A stretch of DNA of 64,000 nt from an uncultured delta proteobacterium. Its GTDB lineage: Bacteria; Desulfobacterota; Binatia; HRBIN30; BPIQ01. The translations under genes and the position numbers were made by a program. The notes beneath the pieces are model-generated. The model was not told the origin of the DNA. It saw only the letters and a list, made by a program, of their open reading frames with translations, and ran no database searches. The stretch covers positions 1,024,001 through 1,088,000 of the forward strand of contig CAVXGR010000018.1 of the NCBI GenBank assembly GCA_963761335.1, in the 5' to 3' direction. Below are positions 30,187 to 40,945 of the stretch, in pieces (within the stretch, counting starts at the first letter, position 1; the number at the start of each line of letters is the position of its first letter).

Positions 30187-31401
30187 TCACGATACCGCAG
30201 CGCCGGCTTCTTCCCCGGCGTAGCCGCGCGGCGCCGACGGACTGCCATCCGGCCAGCGGCGGCCGCGCGGGCCGAGGTACTCGGAGCTCGGGCGGATCAG
30301 GCGGTTCTCGGCGGCCTGCTCGAGGACGTGCGCCGTCCAGCCGCCGGCGCGGGCCACGGCGAAGGTCGGAGTGAACAGGTCGCTGTGCAGCCCGACGCCG
30401 TGGAGCAGCAGGGCGGTGTAGAACTCCACGTTGGTCTCCAGCCGCCGGCCGGGCTTGAGCTCGTGGAGGACGCGCAGGACGGCGTTCTCCACGGTGCGGG
30501 CGTCGTCGTACAGGCGGGCGTCGTCGGCGCCGGCGAAGAGACGGACGGCGGCGGCGCCGAGCACCTCGGCGCGCGGGTCGCGGACCTTGTAGACGCGGTG
30601 CCCGAAGCCCATGATGCGGCCGCCGGCGGCGATCGTATCGCGCCCCCACGCCTCGGCCTCCTCCTCCATGCTGCGGCCGCTCTCGGCGGCGCGCCCGCGA
30701 ATCTCGAAGACCATGTCGAGGGCGGGGCCGGGGGCGCCGCCGTGCAGGGGCCCTTTGAGCGCGCCGACGGCGCCGACCAGCGCCGAGACCATGTCCGACC
30801 CGGTGCTGGTGATGACCCGCGCCGTGAAGGTCGAGGCGTTCATGCCGTGATCGATGACGGTATTGAGATAGACCTCCAGGGCCCGCGCCGCCTCGGAGCT
30901 CGGCTCGCTGCCGGTGAGCATGTAGAGATAATTGGCGGCATGACCCAGACGGAGGCTCGGGGGCACCGGCTCCAGCCCCTGGCGCAGCCGCCAGTAGCCG
31001 GCGACGATGGTCGGAAAGCGGGCCACCAGCCGGATCGCCTGCACGACTCCCGCGTCCCTTCCCTCGACCGCATCGGTAGCGCCGGCGAGGCCGAGAGTGG
31101 CCACCGCCATCTCCAGCGCCTCCATGACGCCGGCCGGCCGCGCCGCGGCGGCGCGCAGCAGGGCCAGGGTCGCCGCCGGCAGCCAGCGCTGCGCCGCCAG
31201 CTCGCGCCGCAACACCTCGTGCTCGTCCGCCTGCGGCAGGCGACCGTGCCAGAGAAGGAAGAGAGCCTCCTCGAAGCGCGCCCGCGGCGCCAGCTCCTCG
31301 ACCGCGAAGCCGCCGATCACCAGCTCGCCGCGCTCGCCGTCCACATGACTGAGCCGCGTCGAGGCCACGGCCACTCCCTCGAGTCCTCGTGCAATTGCCA
31401 T
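30187..31401 (-). CDS. Citrate / 2-methylcitrate synthase family enzyme
   Basis: GLEGV, DHGMNASTF, GPLHGGA, GFGHRVYK..DPR, TNVEFY; SD GGAGG before the ATG. Confidence 0.92.
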   Translation of the reverse strand: MAIARGLEGVAVASTRLSHVDGERGELVIGGFAVEELAPRARFEEALFLLWHGRLPQADEHEVLRRELAAQRWLPAATLALLRAAAARPAGVMEALEMAVATLGLAGATDAVEGRDAGVVQAIRLVARFPTIVAGYWRLRQGLEPVPPSLRLGHAANYLYMLTGSEPSSEAARALEVYLNTVIDHGMNASTFTARVITSTGSDMVSALVGAVGALKGPLHGGAPGPALDMVFEIRGRAAESGRSMEEEAEAWGRDTIAAGGRIMGFGHRVYKVRDPRAEVLGAAAVRLFAGADDARLYDDARTVENAVLRVLHELKPGRRLETNVEFYTALLLHGVGLHSDLFTPTFAVARAGGWTAHVLEQAAENRLIRPSSEYLGPRGRRWPDGSPSAPRGYAGEEAGAAVS

Positions 31402-31451
31402 CGTTTCCTCCTGGAGGGCGATCGTGCGTGTCTCCATTCACATTGTCAATC

Positions 31452-31467
31452 TTGATTAACTAATCAA
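31452..31467. promoter_or_regulatory. Palindromic operator in an AT-rich divergent promoter
   Basis: Perfect inverted repeat TTGATT-AACT-AATCAA. Confidence 0.65.
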
Positions 31468-31506
31468 TAACTTGAGTCACTGATCAACATATGGTAGACG
31501 GCGGCC

Positions 31507-32721
31507 ATGGCCGAGTTTCTGTCGGCGGCGCAGGCGGCCGCCGAGCTGGGGGTGAACCTGCCGACCCTGTACGCCTACGTCAGCCGCGGCCTGATCCGCT
31601 CGGAGGCGGAGGGGCGGTCGCGGCGGCGGCGCTATCACGCCGAGGACATCTGGCTGCTCAAGCAGCGCAAGGAGCACCGGCGCGATCCGGGGAAGGCGGC
31701 CCAGGAAGCCCTGCACTGGGGATTGCCGGTGCTCGAGTCGCGCATCTCGGTGATTCACCAGGGGCGGCTCTACTACGGCGGCCGCGACGTCGTGGAGCTG
31801 GCCACCTCCTGCAGCATCGAGCAGGTCGCCTCGCTGCTGTGGGCCGGGGACCTGGCGTCGCCCTTTCCCGACGACGTCATCGACCTGCCGGCGGCGGAGC
31901 GGCGGCCGCTGGCGCGGCTGGTGGCGCAGCTGCCGGCGCTGGACGCCTTCCGCGTCGTCCTGCCGATGGCGGCGGCGCGCGATCCGCTGGCCTTCGACCT
32001 GCGTCCAGAGGCCGTGCGCCGCAGTGGCGCCAAGATCCTGCGGCTGCTCGCCGCGGTGGCGGCGCGCACCCGACCGAGCCGGCGGCCGATCGCCGAGGTG
32101 CTGCAGCGCGGCTGGGCGGCTCGGGAGCCGCAGGTGAGATCGCTCCTGCAAGCGGCGCTGGTGCTCTACGCCGACAACGGCCTCAATCCCTCGAGCTTCA
32201 CGGCTCGCTGCGTCGCCTCGGCCGGGGCGACGCCGTACGCGCTGGTGTCGGCGGGTCTGGCGGCCCTGCAGGGAACCAAGCACGGCGGCGCCTGCGAGCG
32301 CGCCGAGGGGTTGCTGGCCGAAGCCGGCGAGGCGCGCGGGGCCCGCGCCGCGGTGGTGGCGCGGCTGCGGCGCGGCGAGGCGATCCCCGGCTTCGGCCAT
32401 CCGCTCTATCCCGACGGCGACCCGCGCGGCGGCCTGCTGATGAAGCTGATCATCGAGGCCCGCCCGCGCTCACCCCAGGTGGCCCTGGCGCGCGCCGTCG
32501 CCGACGCCGCCGCCGAGCTGATGAGCCAACACCCGACCATCGACTTCGGCGTCGTCACCCTGTGCCGGGCCTTGCAGCTGCCGGCCGATGCGCCGCTGTC
32601 GCTGCTCGGGCTCGGGCGCGTCGTCGGCTGGATCGCCCACGGCCTCGAGCAGTACGAAGAGGGCCGCGAGATCCGCCCGCGGGCCCGTTACGCCGGCGAG
32701 CTGCCCGCCGTGAGTCGGTAG
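31507..32721 (+). CDS. Excisionase/MerR-like HTH fused to a citrate synthase-like domain (putative regulator)
   Basis: FLSAAQAAAELGVNLPTLYAYVSRGLI, followed by ADNGLNPSSF, KHGG and GFGHPLY..GDPR. Confidence 0.88.
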   Translation: MAEFLSAAQAAAELGVNLPTLYAYVSRGLIRSEAEGRSRRRRYHAEDIWLLKQRKEHRRDPGKAAQEALHWGLPVLESRISVIHQGRLYYGGRDVVELATSCSIEQVASLLWAGDLASPFPDDVIDLPAAERRPLARLVAQLPALDAFRVVLPMAAARDPLAFDLRPEAVRRSGAKILRLLAAVAARTRPSRRPIAEVLQRGWAAREPQVRSLLQAALVLYADNGLNPSSFTARCVASAGATPYALVSAGLAALQGTKHGGACERAEGLLAEAGEARGARAAVVARLRRGEAIPGFGHPLYPDGDPRGGLLMKLIIEARPRSPQVALARAVADAAAELMSQHPTIDFGVVTLCRALQLPADAPLSLLGLGRVVGWIAHGLEQYEEGREIRPRARYAGELPAVSR

Positions 32722-32882
32722 CCCACCTGGGAGTGCGGCCGTCCCGGCCGCAGCGGGTAACGGAGGAGAGGCGTCTCACTTCCCGGGAATCTCGCCGCCG
32801 CCGCTCTCTTACAATTAGGAGAGCGATCTGCGCTGTGGCCGGGCGCGGTCCGGCGGAGGGGCGGCGCAGACGCCGGGATCGA

Positions 32883-32899
32883 TTGGCGCGAATCCTGCT
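32883..32899 (+). promoter_or_regulatory. Putative sigma54 (-24/-12) promoter of the hyp-hyb operon
   Basis: TTGGCGCGAATCCTGCT has exact GG-N10-GC spacing, about 90 nt upstream of hypF. Confidence 0.6.
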
Positions 32900-32988
32900 C
32901 ATCCAGATCGGGCAACCGGGGCTGGCCGTGGAGCAGCGGTGGTCGAGGCCGTGAAACGGCTCGCCTGCGGAGGAATGGAATATTCCAG

Positions 32989-35343
32989 GTGCTGATCACG
33001 GGCCCGACAGCCTTCGCGCAGACAGAAGCAGCCCCCGCCGGTGTGCGCATCGAGATCGAGGGGATGGTCCAAGGCGTCGGCTTTCGTCCGTGGGTGTGGA
33101 CCCTGGCGCGAGCCGTGGCGATCCGGGGCAGGGTGTGGAACCACACCACCGGTGTGACCATCGAGGCGTTCGGTGAGGGGGACCGGCTGTTGCGGTTCGT
33201 CGATCAGCTGGAGCGCCCGCCGATGCCGGCGGCGGAGGTGCGCGAGCTCCGCTGCCAAACTATTCCCGCCGAGGCGATCGACTCCTTCGAGATCGTCGCC
33301 AGCCGCGGCGGGGAGCGGCGACGACCGTCGATTCCCGCCGACCTTGCCACCTGTGGCGACTGCCGGCGCGAGCTCTTCGATCGCCGCGATCGCCGGTACG
33401 GCTACGCCTTCATCAACTGCACTCGCTGTGGCCCCCGATACACCATCGCCCTCGATGTCCCCTACGACCGGGCGCGCACGACGATGGCGGACTTTCCCAT
33501 GTGCGAGTTCTGCCGCCGCGAGTACGAGAGCCCCGCCGATCGGCGCTTTCACGCCCAGCCCAACGCCTGCCCGCAGTGCGGGCCGCAGCTGCGCTTGGTG
33601 GACGGCGCCGGCGAGGCAATTGGCGGCGCGCCGATCGCCGCGGCGGCGCGGCTGCTGCGCGCCGGCGGCATTCTCGCGGTGAAAGGCCTGGGTGGATATC
33701 ACCTCGCCTGCGACGCCACCGATGCCGCCGCCGTAACCGCGCTGCGGAGCCGCAAGTACCGCGACGCCAAACCGTTTGCGGTCATGGTGCGGAGCCTGGA
33801 GCACGCCGCCCGCGTGGCGATCCTCGGCGACGCCGATCGCGATCTGCTCGCCTCCCCGCAGCGGCCCATCGTGCTGGTGCCGCGCCTGGCAAGTGGCCCG
33901 CTCGCCAGCGAGGTGGCACCGCAGAATCCGCTGGTCGGCCTGATGCTGCCCTACACGCCGCTGCACGAGCTGCTTCTCGCCGAAGCCGGCGCCCCGCTGG
34001 TGATGACCTCGGGAAACCGCAGCGACGAGCCGATGGTCTGCGACGACGATGAGGCGCTGCTCTATCTCGGCGGCGATATCGCCGCCGCCATCCTGCAGCA
34101 CGATCGCGCCATCGCCAATCGCTGCGACGACTCGGTGGCGCGCGTGATCGGCGGCCGGCCGGTGCTGCTGCGCCGCAGCCGCGGCTGGGTTCCGGGCAAT
34201 CTGCGCCTGCGACAGGGTTCGCCGCATCCCCTGCTGGCGTGCGGCGCGCACCTGAAGAACAGCTTCTGCCTCGCCGACGGCGAGGTCGCCTGGTTGGGGC
34301 CGCACGTCGGCGACCTGGAGACGCACGAGGCCTGCGCCGCCTTCGAGGACATGGTGGAGCGCTTCCAGCGCTTCGTCGGCGTCGTCCCCGAGGTGGTCGC
34401 CCATGATTTGCACCCCGACTACTTCACGACGCGCTGGGCGATGGAGCATCCGGCGCCGTTGCGCATCGGGGTACAGCACCACCATGCCCACATCGCCAGC
34501 GCCATGGCCGAGCACGGCGTCCAGGGTCCGGTGATCGGCCTCGCCTGGGACGGCACCGGCTACGGCACCGACGGCAGCGCTTGGGGGGGCGAGCTGCTGG
34601 TCGCCACCTTGGGCGAGTTCCGCCGCCTGGCAACCTTCCGGCCGATTCCACTCGCCGGTGGCGACCTCGCCATCCGCGAGATATGGCGCATCGCCCTGGC
34701 GCTGCTCGACGACGCCTTCGACGGAGATCCGCCGCTGCGCCGACTGGCGCTCTTCCGCGACCTCGACGAGGCGCGCCTGCAGGTGGCGCGGCGCATGATC
34801 GCCGCCGACTTGCAGGCGCCGCTGGCGCACGGGGTGGGCCGCTACTTCGACGCCTTCGGGGCCATCGCCCTGGCGAAGAGTGAGTCTCGTTACGAGGGCG
34901 AGGTGGCGATGCAGTGGGGCTTTGCGGCCGATCCGGCCGAGCGCCGCGCCTATCCTTTGGCGCTCGACGACCGAAGTGGCGTGGTCGCCGTCGACCTGCG
35001 CCAGGCGGTGCGCGCCGCCGTCGGCGACATTCTCGGCGGCAGGCCCGCGAGCGCGGTCTCCGGACGCTTCCACGCGACGCTGCGGGCGGCGGCGCTGGAG
35101 ATGGTGCGCCTGGCGGAGCGGCAGGTCGGCCGCGTGCCGGTGGTTCTCTCCGGAGGTTGCTTCCAGAACGCCCGCTTGCTCGAAGATCTGCGCGCCGCGC
35201 TGGCGCCGGGCTCGCGCCTGCTGACGCACGAGCACGTGCCCCCCAACGACGGCGGCATCGCTCTCGGGCAGGCGGTGGTCGCCGCAGCGCAGCTGCGCGG
35301 CGACGCGGGGCTCAACGGCGATCTCGGGGGAGGAGGCTGCTGA
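32989..35343 (+). CDS. hypF: Carbamoyltransferase HypF
   Basis: GMVQGVGFRP, zinc fingers (CGDC...CTRC, CEFC...CPQC), QHHHAH, PPNDGGIALGQ. Confidence 0.97.
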   Translation: MLITGPTAFAQTEAAPAGVRIEIEGMVQGVGFRPWVWTLARAVAIRGRVWNHTTGVTIEAFGEGDRLLRFVDQLERPPMPAAEVRELRCQTIPAEAIDSFEIVASRGGERRRPSIPADLATCGDCRRELFDRRDRRYGYAFINCTRCGPRYTIALDVPYDRARTTMADFPMCEFCRREYESPADRRFHAQPNACPQCGPQLRLVDGAGEAIGGAPIAAAARLLRAGGILAVKGLGGYHLACDATDAAAVTALRSRKYRDAKPFAVMVRSLEHAARVAILGDADRDLLASPQRPIVLVPRLASGPLASEVAPQNPLVGLMLPYTPLHELLLAEAGAPLVMTSGNRSDEPMVCDDDEALLYLGGDIAAAILQHDRAIANRCDDSVARVIGGRPVLLRRSRGWVPGNLRLRQGSPHPLLACGAHLKNSFCLADGEVAWLGPHVGDLETHEACAAFEDMVERFQRFVGVVPEVVAHDLHPDYFTTRWAMEHPAPLRIGVQHHHAHIASAMAEHGVQGPVIGLAWDGTGYGTDGSAWGGELLVATLGEFRRLATFRPIPLAGGDLAIREIWRIALALLDDAFDGDPPLRRLALFRDLDEARLQVARRMIAADLQAPLAHGVGRYFDAFGAIALAKSESRYEGEVAMQWGFAADPAERRAYPLALDDRSGVVAVDLRQAVRAAVGDILGGRPASAVSGRFHATLRAAALEMVRLAERQVGRVPVVLSGGCFQNARLLEDLRAALAPGSRLLTHEHVPPNDGGIALGQAVVAAAQLRGDAGLNGDLGGGGC

Positions 35344-35344
35344 C

Positions 35345-35608
35345 ATGTGCCTGGCGGTTCCCGGACAGGTCGTGGCCATCGACGGCGACGGAGAGCTGCG
35401 CTCGGCGCGCATCGATTTCGGCGGCGTGAGCCGGCAGGCCTCCCTCGTCTTCGTGCCGGAGGTCGAGCTTGGAGATTACGTCCTCGTCCACGTCGGCTTC
35501 GCGATCACGCGCATCGACGAGGAGGCGGCGCGCCAAGCGCTCGAGGCCTTGCGGACGGTCGGCGAGATGGAGATCGGCCCAGAGGGGGAGGGCGATGCGT
35601 CATCTTGA
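35345..35608 (+). CDS. hypC: Hydrogenase chaperone HypC
   Basis: MCLAVPG...[12 protein letters not shown]. Confidence 0.97.
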   Translation: MCLAVPGQVVAIDGDGELRSARIDFGGVSRQASLVFVPEVELGDYVLVHVGFAITRIDEEAARQALEALRTVGEMEIGPEGEGDASS

Positions 35609-36704
35609 CGAGTATCGCGATCCCGCCGTCGTTGGCGCCGTGCTGGCGCGCGTCGAGGGAGCCATGACGCGGCCCTGGACGCTGATGGAGGTGTGCGGCG
35701 GACAGACGCACTCGATCCTCAAGTTCGGCCTCGACGAGCTCCTGCCGCCCAGCCTGCGCCTCATCCACGGCCCCGGGTGCCCGGTCTGCGTCACGCCGCT
35801 CGAGCAGATCGACCGCGCCCTGGCGATCGCCGCCACCCCGGGAGTGATCTTCTGCTCCTTCGGGGACATGCTGCGCGTGCCCGGCAGCAGTGGCGATCTG
35901 CTCACCGCCAAGGCACACGGCGCCGACGTGCGCATCGTCTACTCGCCCCTCGACGCCGTCGCCATCGCCCGCCGCGAGCCCGAACGGCGGGTGGTCTTCT
36001 TCGCCGTCGGCTTCGAGACCACCGCGCCGGCCAACGCCATGGCGGTGTACACCGCGGCGCGCCAGGGCCTCGGCAACTTCTCGCTGCTGGTGGCGCATGT
36101 CCTGGTGCCGCCGGCTCTCGAGGCGCTGCTCTCCGCCCCGGGCAGCGAGATCCAGGGCCTGCTGGCGCCCGGACACGTCTGCGTGGTCACCGGCTATCGC
36201 GATTACGAGCCGATCGCGGCGCGCCATCACATCCCCATCGTGGTCACCGGCTTCGAGCCGCTCGACCTCTTGCGCGGCGTACACGCCGCGGTTCTGCAGC
36301 TCGAGCGCGGCGAGGCGCGCGTCGAGAATCAGTACGAGCGGGCCGCTGTCGCCGACGGCAACGCCGCCGCCCGCGCCCTGCTGCGCGAGGTCTTCGCCGT
36401 CTGCGACCGCAAGTGGCGGGGGGTCGGCGAGATCCCGGCGAGCGGCTACGCGCTGGCGCCGGCCTACGCCGCCTTCGATGCCGAGCGCATCTTCGGTCTC
36501 GGCGATCTGCGGGTGGCGGAGCCGGCCGACTGCCTGAGCGGTCTCGTCCTGCAGGGCCGGCTGCGGCCGACCGCCTGCCCGCAGTTCGGCCGGCGCTGCA
36601 CCCCGGAGCATCCGCTCGGCGCCACCATGGTGTCCTCCGAGGGCGCCTGTGCCGCCTACTTCCACTACGGCCGCGGGGCGGCGGCGGAGGAAGCCGCGGC
36701 ATGA
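35595..36704 (+). CDS. hypD: Hydrogenase maturation protein HypD
   Basis: [36 protein letters not shown]. Confidence 0.97.
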   Translation: MRHLDEYRDPAVVGAVLARVEGAMTRPWTLMEVCGGQTHSILKFGLDELLPPSLRLIHGPGCPVCVTPLEQIDRALAIAATPGVIFCSFGDMLRVPGSSGDLLTAKAHGADVRIVYSPLDAVAIARREPERRVVFFAVGFETTAPANAMAVYTAARQGLGNFSLLVAHVLVPPALEALLSAPGSEIQGLLAPGHVCVVTGYRDYEPIAARHHIPIVVTGFEPLDLLRGVHAAVLQLERGEARVENQYERAAVADGNAAARALLREVFAVCDRKWRGVGEIPASGYALAPAYAAFDAERIFGLGDLRVAEPADCLSGLVLQGRLRPTACPQFGRRCTPEHPLGATMVSSEGACAAYFHYGRGAAAEEAAA

Positions 36705-37762
36705 ATCGCCTGGAGAGGCTCGGCGGCGGCTTCGCCTGTCCCCTCCCTGTGGATGACGACGGCGTGGTGCAGATGGCGCACGGCGGCGGCGGCCGCAAGA
36801 TGGCGCAGCTGATCGAGGGCGTCTTCTTGCCCGCCTTTGGCAGTGAGCCGCTCTCGCAGCTCGGCGACGGCGCCGTTCTCGAGGTCGGCGGGCAGCGCCT
36901 GGCGTTCACCACCGACACCTTCGTGGTGCAGCCGCCGTTCTTCCCCGGCGGCGACATCGGCTCTCTCGCCGTGCACGGCACCACCAACGACATCGCCATG
37001 TGCGGCGCCGAGCCGCTCGGCCTGAGCCTTGGCCTGGTGCTGGAGGAAGGCTTCCCGATGGCCGACCTGCGCCGCATCGTCGATTCGATCGCCGCCGCCA
37101 GCGCCGCCATCGGCACGGCCGTGGTCACCGGCGATACCAAGGTCGTCGACCGCGGCAAGGGCGACGGCATCTACATCAACACCTCGGCCATCGGCCGCGT
37201 GCGCGACGGGGTTGCCGTCGGCCCGCGGGGCGCCGCCCCGGGCGACGTCATTCTGGTCTCCGGACCGGTCGGCGATCACGGCATCGCCGTCATGGCGGCG
37301 CGCAACGGCATCGCCCTGGAGACGGAGCTGCGCTCCGACTCGGCGGCGGTGCTGCCGCTGGTGCGGGCGCTGCTCGATGCCGTGCCGCAGACCAAGGTGC
37401 TGCGCGATCCGACGCGCGGTGGCCTGGCGACCGCTCTGTGCGAGATCGCCGTCTCCTCCGGGGTGGGCATGTGCATCGAGGAGCCCGCCGTGCCGGTGCG
37501 GCCCGAGGTCCGCGGTGCCTGCGAGCTACTCGGCTTCGACCCACTGTACGTCGCCTGCGAAGGGCGCTTCATGGCCATCGTTCCGGCGCACGCCGCGGAC
37601 ACGGCGCTGGCGGCTCTGCGCCAGGCGCCGGCGGGGGCCATGGCGGCCCGCATCGGCGAGGTGACCGAGGCGGTGCCGGGACGGGTGTTGCTGCGCACCC
37701 GGATTGGCAGCCATCGCCGTCTGGAGAGGCTCTCCGGCGAGCAGCTGCCGAGGATCTGTTGA
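36701..37762 (+). CDS. hypE: Hydrogenase maturation protein HypE
   Basis: [23 protein letters not shown]-terminal LPRIC. Confidence 0.97.
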   Translation: MNRLERLGGGFACPLPVDDDGVVQMAHGGGGRKMAQLIEGVFLPAFGSEPLSQLGDGAVLEVGGQRLAFTTDTFVVQPPFFPGGDIGSLAVHGTTNDIAMCGAEPLGLSLGLVLEEGFPMADLRRIVDSIAAASAAIGTAVVTGDTKVVDRGKGDGIYINTSAIGRVRDGVAVGPRGAAPGDVILVSGPVGDHGIAVMAARNGIALETELRSDSAAVLPLVRALLDAVPQTKVLRDPTRGGLATALCEIAVSSGVGMCIEEPAVPVRPEVRGACELLGFDPLYVACEGRFMAIVPAHAADTALAALRQAPAGAMAARIGEVTEAVPGRVLLRTRIGSHRRLERLSGEQLPRIC

Positions 37763-37769
37763 GGGCGCC

Positions 37770-38120
37770 ATGCACGAGTACTCTCTCGTCCAGGCGTTGC
37801 TGCAGCGAGTAGAGGAAGAGGCGCGCCTGCGCGAGGCCACCGCCGTGCACCGGGTGACGGTGCGCATCGGCCCTCTGGCCGGCGTCGAGCGCGAGCTGTT
37901 CGCCACCGCCTTCGATGTGTGCCGGCCCGGCACCCTGTGCGGCGCCGCCGAGTTGGTGATCGCCGAGGACGAGGTCGAGTGGCGCTGCGGCGCCTGCGGA
38001 GCCGCGATTCCCGCCGGCAGCGTTTTGACCTGCCCGTCGTGCGACTGGCCGGCGCGGCTGGTCGGCGGCGACGCTCTGACCCTGGAACGAATCGAGCTCG
38101 AGGTACCCCAAAATGTGTGA
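37770..38120 (+). CDS. hypA: Nickel metallochaperone HypA
   Basis: MHEYSL, CGAC and CPSC. Confidence 0.95.
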   Translation: MHEYSLVQALLQRVEEEARLREATAVHRVTVRIGPLAGVERELFATAFDVCRPGTLCGAAELVIAEDEVEWRCGACGAAIPAGSVLTCPSCDWPARLVGGDALTLERIELEVPQNV

Positions 38121-38835
38121 CGTCTGCGGATGTGGTGATCCCAAAGTCGTGCCCGTCGAGGTGCACGAGAACCTGCTGGCCGGCAACGATCGCACCGCCC
38201 AGCACAATCGGTCGCATCTGCGCGAGCACGGCGTGGTGACCATCAACCTGATGGGCTCGCCGGGCGCAGGGAAGACGGCCATTCTCGAGGCCACGGCGCG
38301 GTTGCTCGGAGGGCGCCGGCGCTTGGCGGCGATCACCGGCGACCTGGAGACGGAGCGCGATGCCGTGCGCCTGCGCGCCGCCGGCATTCCGGCGGCGGCG
38401 ATCACCACCGGCTCGGCCTGTCATCTCGACGCGGAGATGGTGCATCGCGCCCTGCACCGCGACCTCGACGATCACGGCGATTACCTGTTCATCGAGAACG
38501 TCGGCAACCTGGTCTGCCCGGCAATCTACGATCTGGGCCAGGACGCAAACGTCGTCGCCCTCTCGGTCACCGAGGGCGAGGACAAGCCGCTCAAGTATCC
38601 GGTCATGTTCCAGCGGGCCGATCTCGTCCTGCTGACCAAGACCGACCTGTTGCCGGCATTGCCGGAGTTCGACTGCGCCGCAGTCGAGGAGGCGCTGGCG
38701 CGGGTCATGCCGGCGCCGCGGATGATCGCCGTCTCGGCGCGCCGCGGCAGCGGCATGGATGAATGGGTCGAGTGGCTCGAACGACTGATCCGGCAGCGCC
38801 CGGCGGAGGCCGCGGCGCTGGCTGTCTCACAATGA
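38113..38835 (+). CDS. hypB: Nickel incorporation GTPase HypB
   Basis: MCDVCGC, GSPGAGKT, CHLDA, ENVGNLVCP, EGEDKPLKYP. Confidence 0.97.
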   Translation: MCDVCGCGDPKVVPVEVHENLLAGNDRTAQHNRSHLREHGVVTINLMGSPGAGKTAILEATARLLGGRRRLAAITGDLETERDAVRLRAAGIPAAAITTGSACHLDAEMVHRALHRDLDDHGDYLFIENVGNLVCPAIYDLGQDANVVALSVTEGEDKPLKYPVMFQRADLVLLTKTDLLPALPEFDCAAVEEALARVMPAPRMIAVSARRGSGMDEWVEWLERLIRQRPAEAAALAVSQ

Positions 38836-38868
38836 AGAAATTGGCGATCTCCGCCGCGGAGGTGACTC

Positions 38869-40035
38869 ATGCCCGTCGAAATCGAAATGATCCCCACTGA
38901 GCCGGAGACCATCGGCGAACACCTGGTGCGCTGCGGCGTGAGCCGGCGGCAGTTTCTCAGGTTCTGCGCCGAGCTCATGGTGGTGGCGCCCGCCGGTCTG
39001 GCTCTCACCGACAAGGTGCACGCGGCCGAGGTGGCGCGCGACATTGCCAAGGCGCGCCGCCCCTCGGTGATCTGGCTGAACTTTCAGGACTGCACCGGGT
39101 GCACCGAGACGCTGCTGCGCACCTCGACACCGGATCTCGCCGAGCTGATCTTCCACCTCATCTCGCTCGACTACCACGAGACGATCATGGCGGCGGCCGG
39201 CAAGCAGGCGGAAGCGGCCCTGCAGTCGGCGATGGAGGAGAACGCCGGAAAGTACGTGCTGGTCGTCGAGGGGGCGATCCCCACCAAGGAGAACGGCATC
39301 TATATCAAGATCGCCGGCAAGCCGGGCCTCGACATTCTGAGGGACGTCGGCAGCCAGGCGGCGGCGATCATCGCCATCGGCTCGTGCGCCTCGTGGGGCG
39401 GCATCCCCTCGGCGGAGCCGAACCCCACCGGGGCCGTCGGCGTCGACGCCATCATCAAGGACAAGCCGATCGTCAACATCCCCGGCTGTCCGGCGAACCC
39501 GTACAACCTGCTGGGTACGGTGCTGCAGTACGCGCTCACCGGGACGCTGCCGGAGCTCGACAAGCTGAAGCGGCCGAAGTTCGCCTACGACCGCTACATC
39601 CACGATCACTGCCCGCGGCGGGCGCACTTCGATGCCGGCGAGTTCGCCCGCTCCTTCGGCGATGCCGGACATCGGCACGGCTGGTGCCTGTATCACCTCG
39701 GATGCAAGGGCCCGGTGACCCACGCCCCTTGCTCGACGCGGCACTTCAACGAGGTGGTCGACTGCTGGCCGATCGGCATCGGCGCTCCCTGTTACGGCTG
39801 CACCGAGCAGGAGATCGCCTTCCGCGTGCCGATGTTCGATACCGTCAAGCCGCACGACGTGGCGCCGCCGGACACCTACGCGCCGATCTACACCCCGCAG
39901 GGCCACATCAGCGCCGTGGCCGCCGGCGTCGCCGGGCTGGTCGGCGGCGCCCTCATCGGTGCCGGCCTGGCGGCATCGAGGAAGCTCGGACCTCCCGCCG
40001 AGGGCGGCTCCGAGGAGAAACCGCCAAAGGAGTGA
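38869..40035 (+). CDS. hybO: [NiFe]-hydrogenase small subunit (Tat-exported, C-terminal anchor)
   Basis: SRRQFL, DCTGC, GSCASWGG, PGCP, HDHCPR, CLYHLGCKGP, C-terminal TM. Confidence 0.92.
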   Translation: MPVEIEMIPTEPETIGEHLVRCGVSRRQFLRFCAELMVVAPAGLALTDKVHAAEVARDIAKARRPSVIWLNFQDCTGCTETLLRTSTPDLAELIFHLISLDYHETIMAAAGKQAEAALQSAMEENAGKYVLVVEGAIPTKENGIYIKIAGKPGLDILRDVGSQAAAIIAIGSCASWGGIPSAEPNPTGAVGVDAIIKDKPIVNIPGCPANPYNLLGTVLQYALTGTLPELDKLKRPKFAYDRYIHDHCPRRAHFDAGEFARSFGDAGHRHGWCLYHLGCKGPVTHAPCSTRHFNEVVDCWPIGIGAPCYGCTEQEIAFRVPMFDTVKPHDVAPPDTYAPIYTPQGHISAVAAGVAGLVGGALIGAGLAASRKLGPPAEGGSEEKPPKE

Positions 40036-40039
40036 TGCC

Positions 40040-40945
40040 ATGTCCCTGACCCGACGCGACGCATTGAAGCTGATGGTCGGTGCGGGCGGCGCCGCGGTGG
40101 CTACCGCGTGCACGCCGAGGAAGGCGGAGGCCGCCACGGCGCGGCCGGATGCGGTGGGAATGCTGTACGATGCGACCCTCTGCATCGGCTGCAAGTCGTG
40201 CATGGTGGCGTGCAACGAGGCCAACGACCTGCCGCCCGACACCTCGCTGTCGAACGGACTCTGGCAGATGCCGCTCGACCTCAACGCCCACACCAAGAAC
40301 ATCATCAAGCTCTACCAGGAGCCCGACGGCTCGGCGTACTCCTTCGTCAAGCGTCAGTGCATGCACTGCCTCGACCCGGCATGCGCCTCGGGATGCATGC
40401 TGGGGGCGCTGAGCAAGGGAGACCACGGCGTCGTCTCCTACAATCCGGACCTCTGTATCGGCTGCCGCTACTGCGAGATGGCGTGCCCGTTCAACATCCC
40501 GAAGTTCGAGTGGAGCACGGCGACGCCGAAGATCGTCAAGTGCGAGTTCTGCAAGGAGCGCCTCGCCCAGGGCAAGCAGCCGGCCTGCTGTGAGGTCTGC
40601 CCCACGGGGGCGGTGATCTTCGGAGAGTATACCGATCTGCTCACCGAGGCCCACAAGCGGCTGGATCGGCACCCGGGCCGCTACATCCCCAAGGTGTACG
40701 GCGAGTCGGAGGTCGGCGGCACGCAGGTGCTCTACCTGGCCTCCCTGGACTTCGCCAAGCTCGGCCTGCCGGCATACGGACCCGATCCGGTGCCCACCGG
40801 CGTGCGCGAGGTGTTCCAGGAGATCTATCAGGGCATCGTCCCGCCCGTGGCGCTGTACGCCCTGCTGGTCGCCGTACTGATGCGCAGCCGTCGCCAGCTC
40901 GCCGGTGAAGAGCCGGAGAAAGAGCAGGAGAGGGGGGAGTCATGA
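40040..40945 (+). CDS. hybA: Hydrogenase-2 ferredoxin subunit HybA
   Basis: Tat motif TRRDALK; four Cys clusters (CIGCKSC, CMHC, CIGCRYC, CEFC); C-terminal TM. Confidence 0.93.
   Translation: MSLTRRDALKLMVGAGGAAVATACTPRKAEAATARPDAVGMLYDATLCIGCKSCMVACNEANDLPPDTSLSNGLWQMPLDLNAHTKNIIKLYQEPDGSAYSFVKRQCMHCLDPACASGCMLGALSKGDHGVVSYNPDLCIGCRYCEMACPFNIPKFEWSTATPKIVKCEFCKERLAQGKQPACCEVCPTGAVIFGEYTDLLTEAHKRLDRHPGRYIPKVYGESEVGGTQVLYLASLDFAKLGLPAYGPDPVPTGVREVFQEIYQGIVPPVALYALLVAVLMRSRRQLAGEEPEKEQERGES

Noticed and set aside
31452..31467. FNR box
   Set aside because: The spacing is TTGAT-N6-ATCAA rather than N4.
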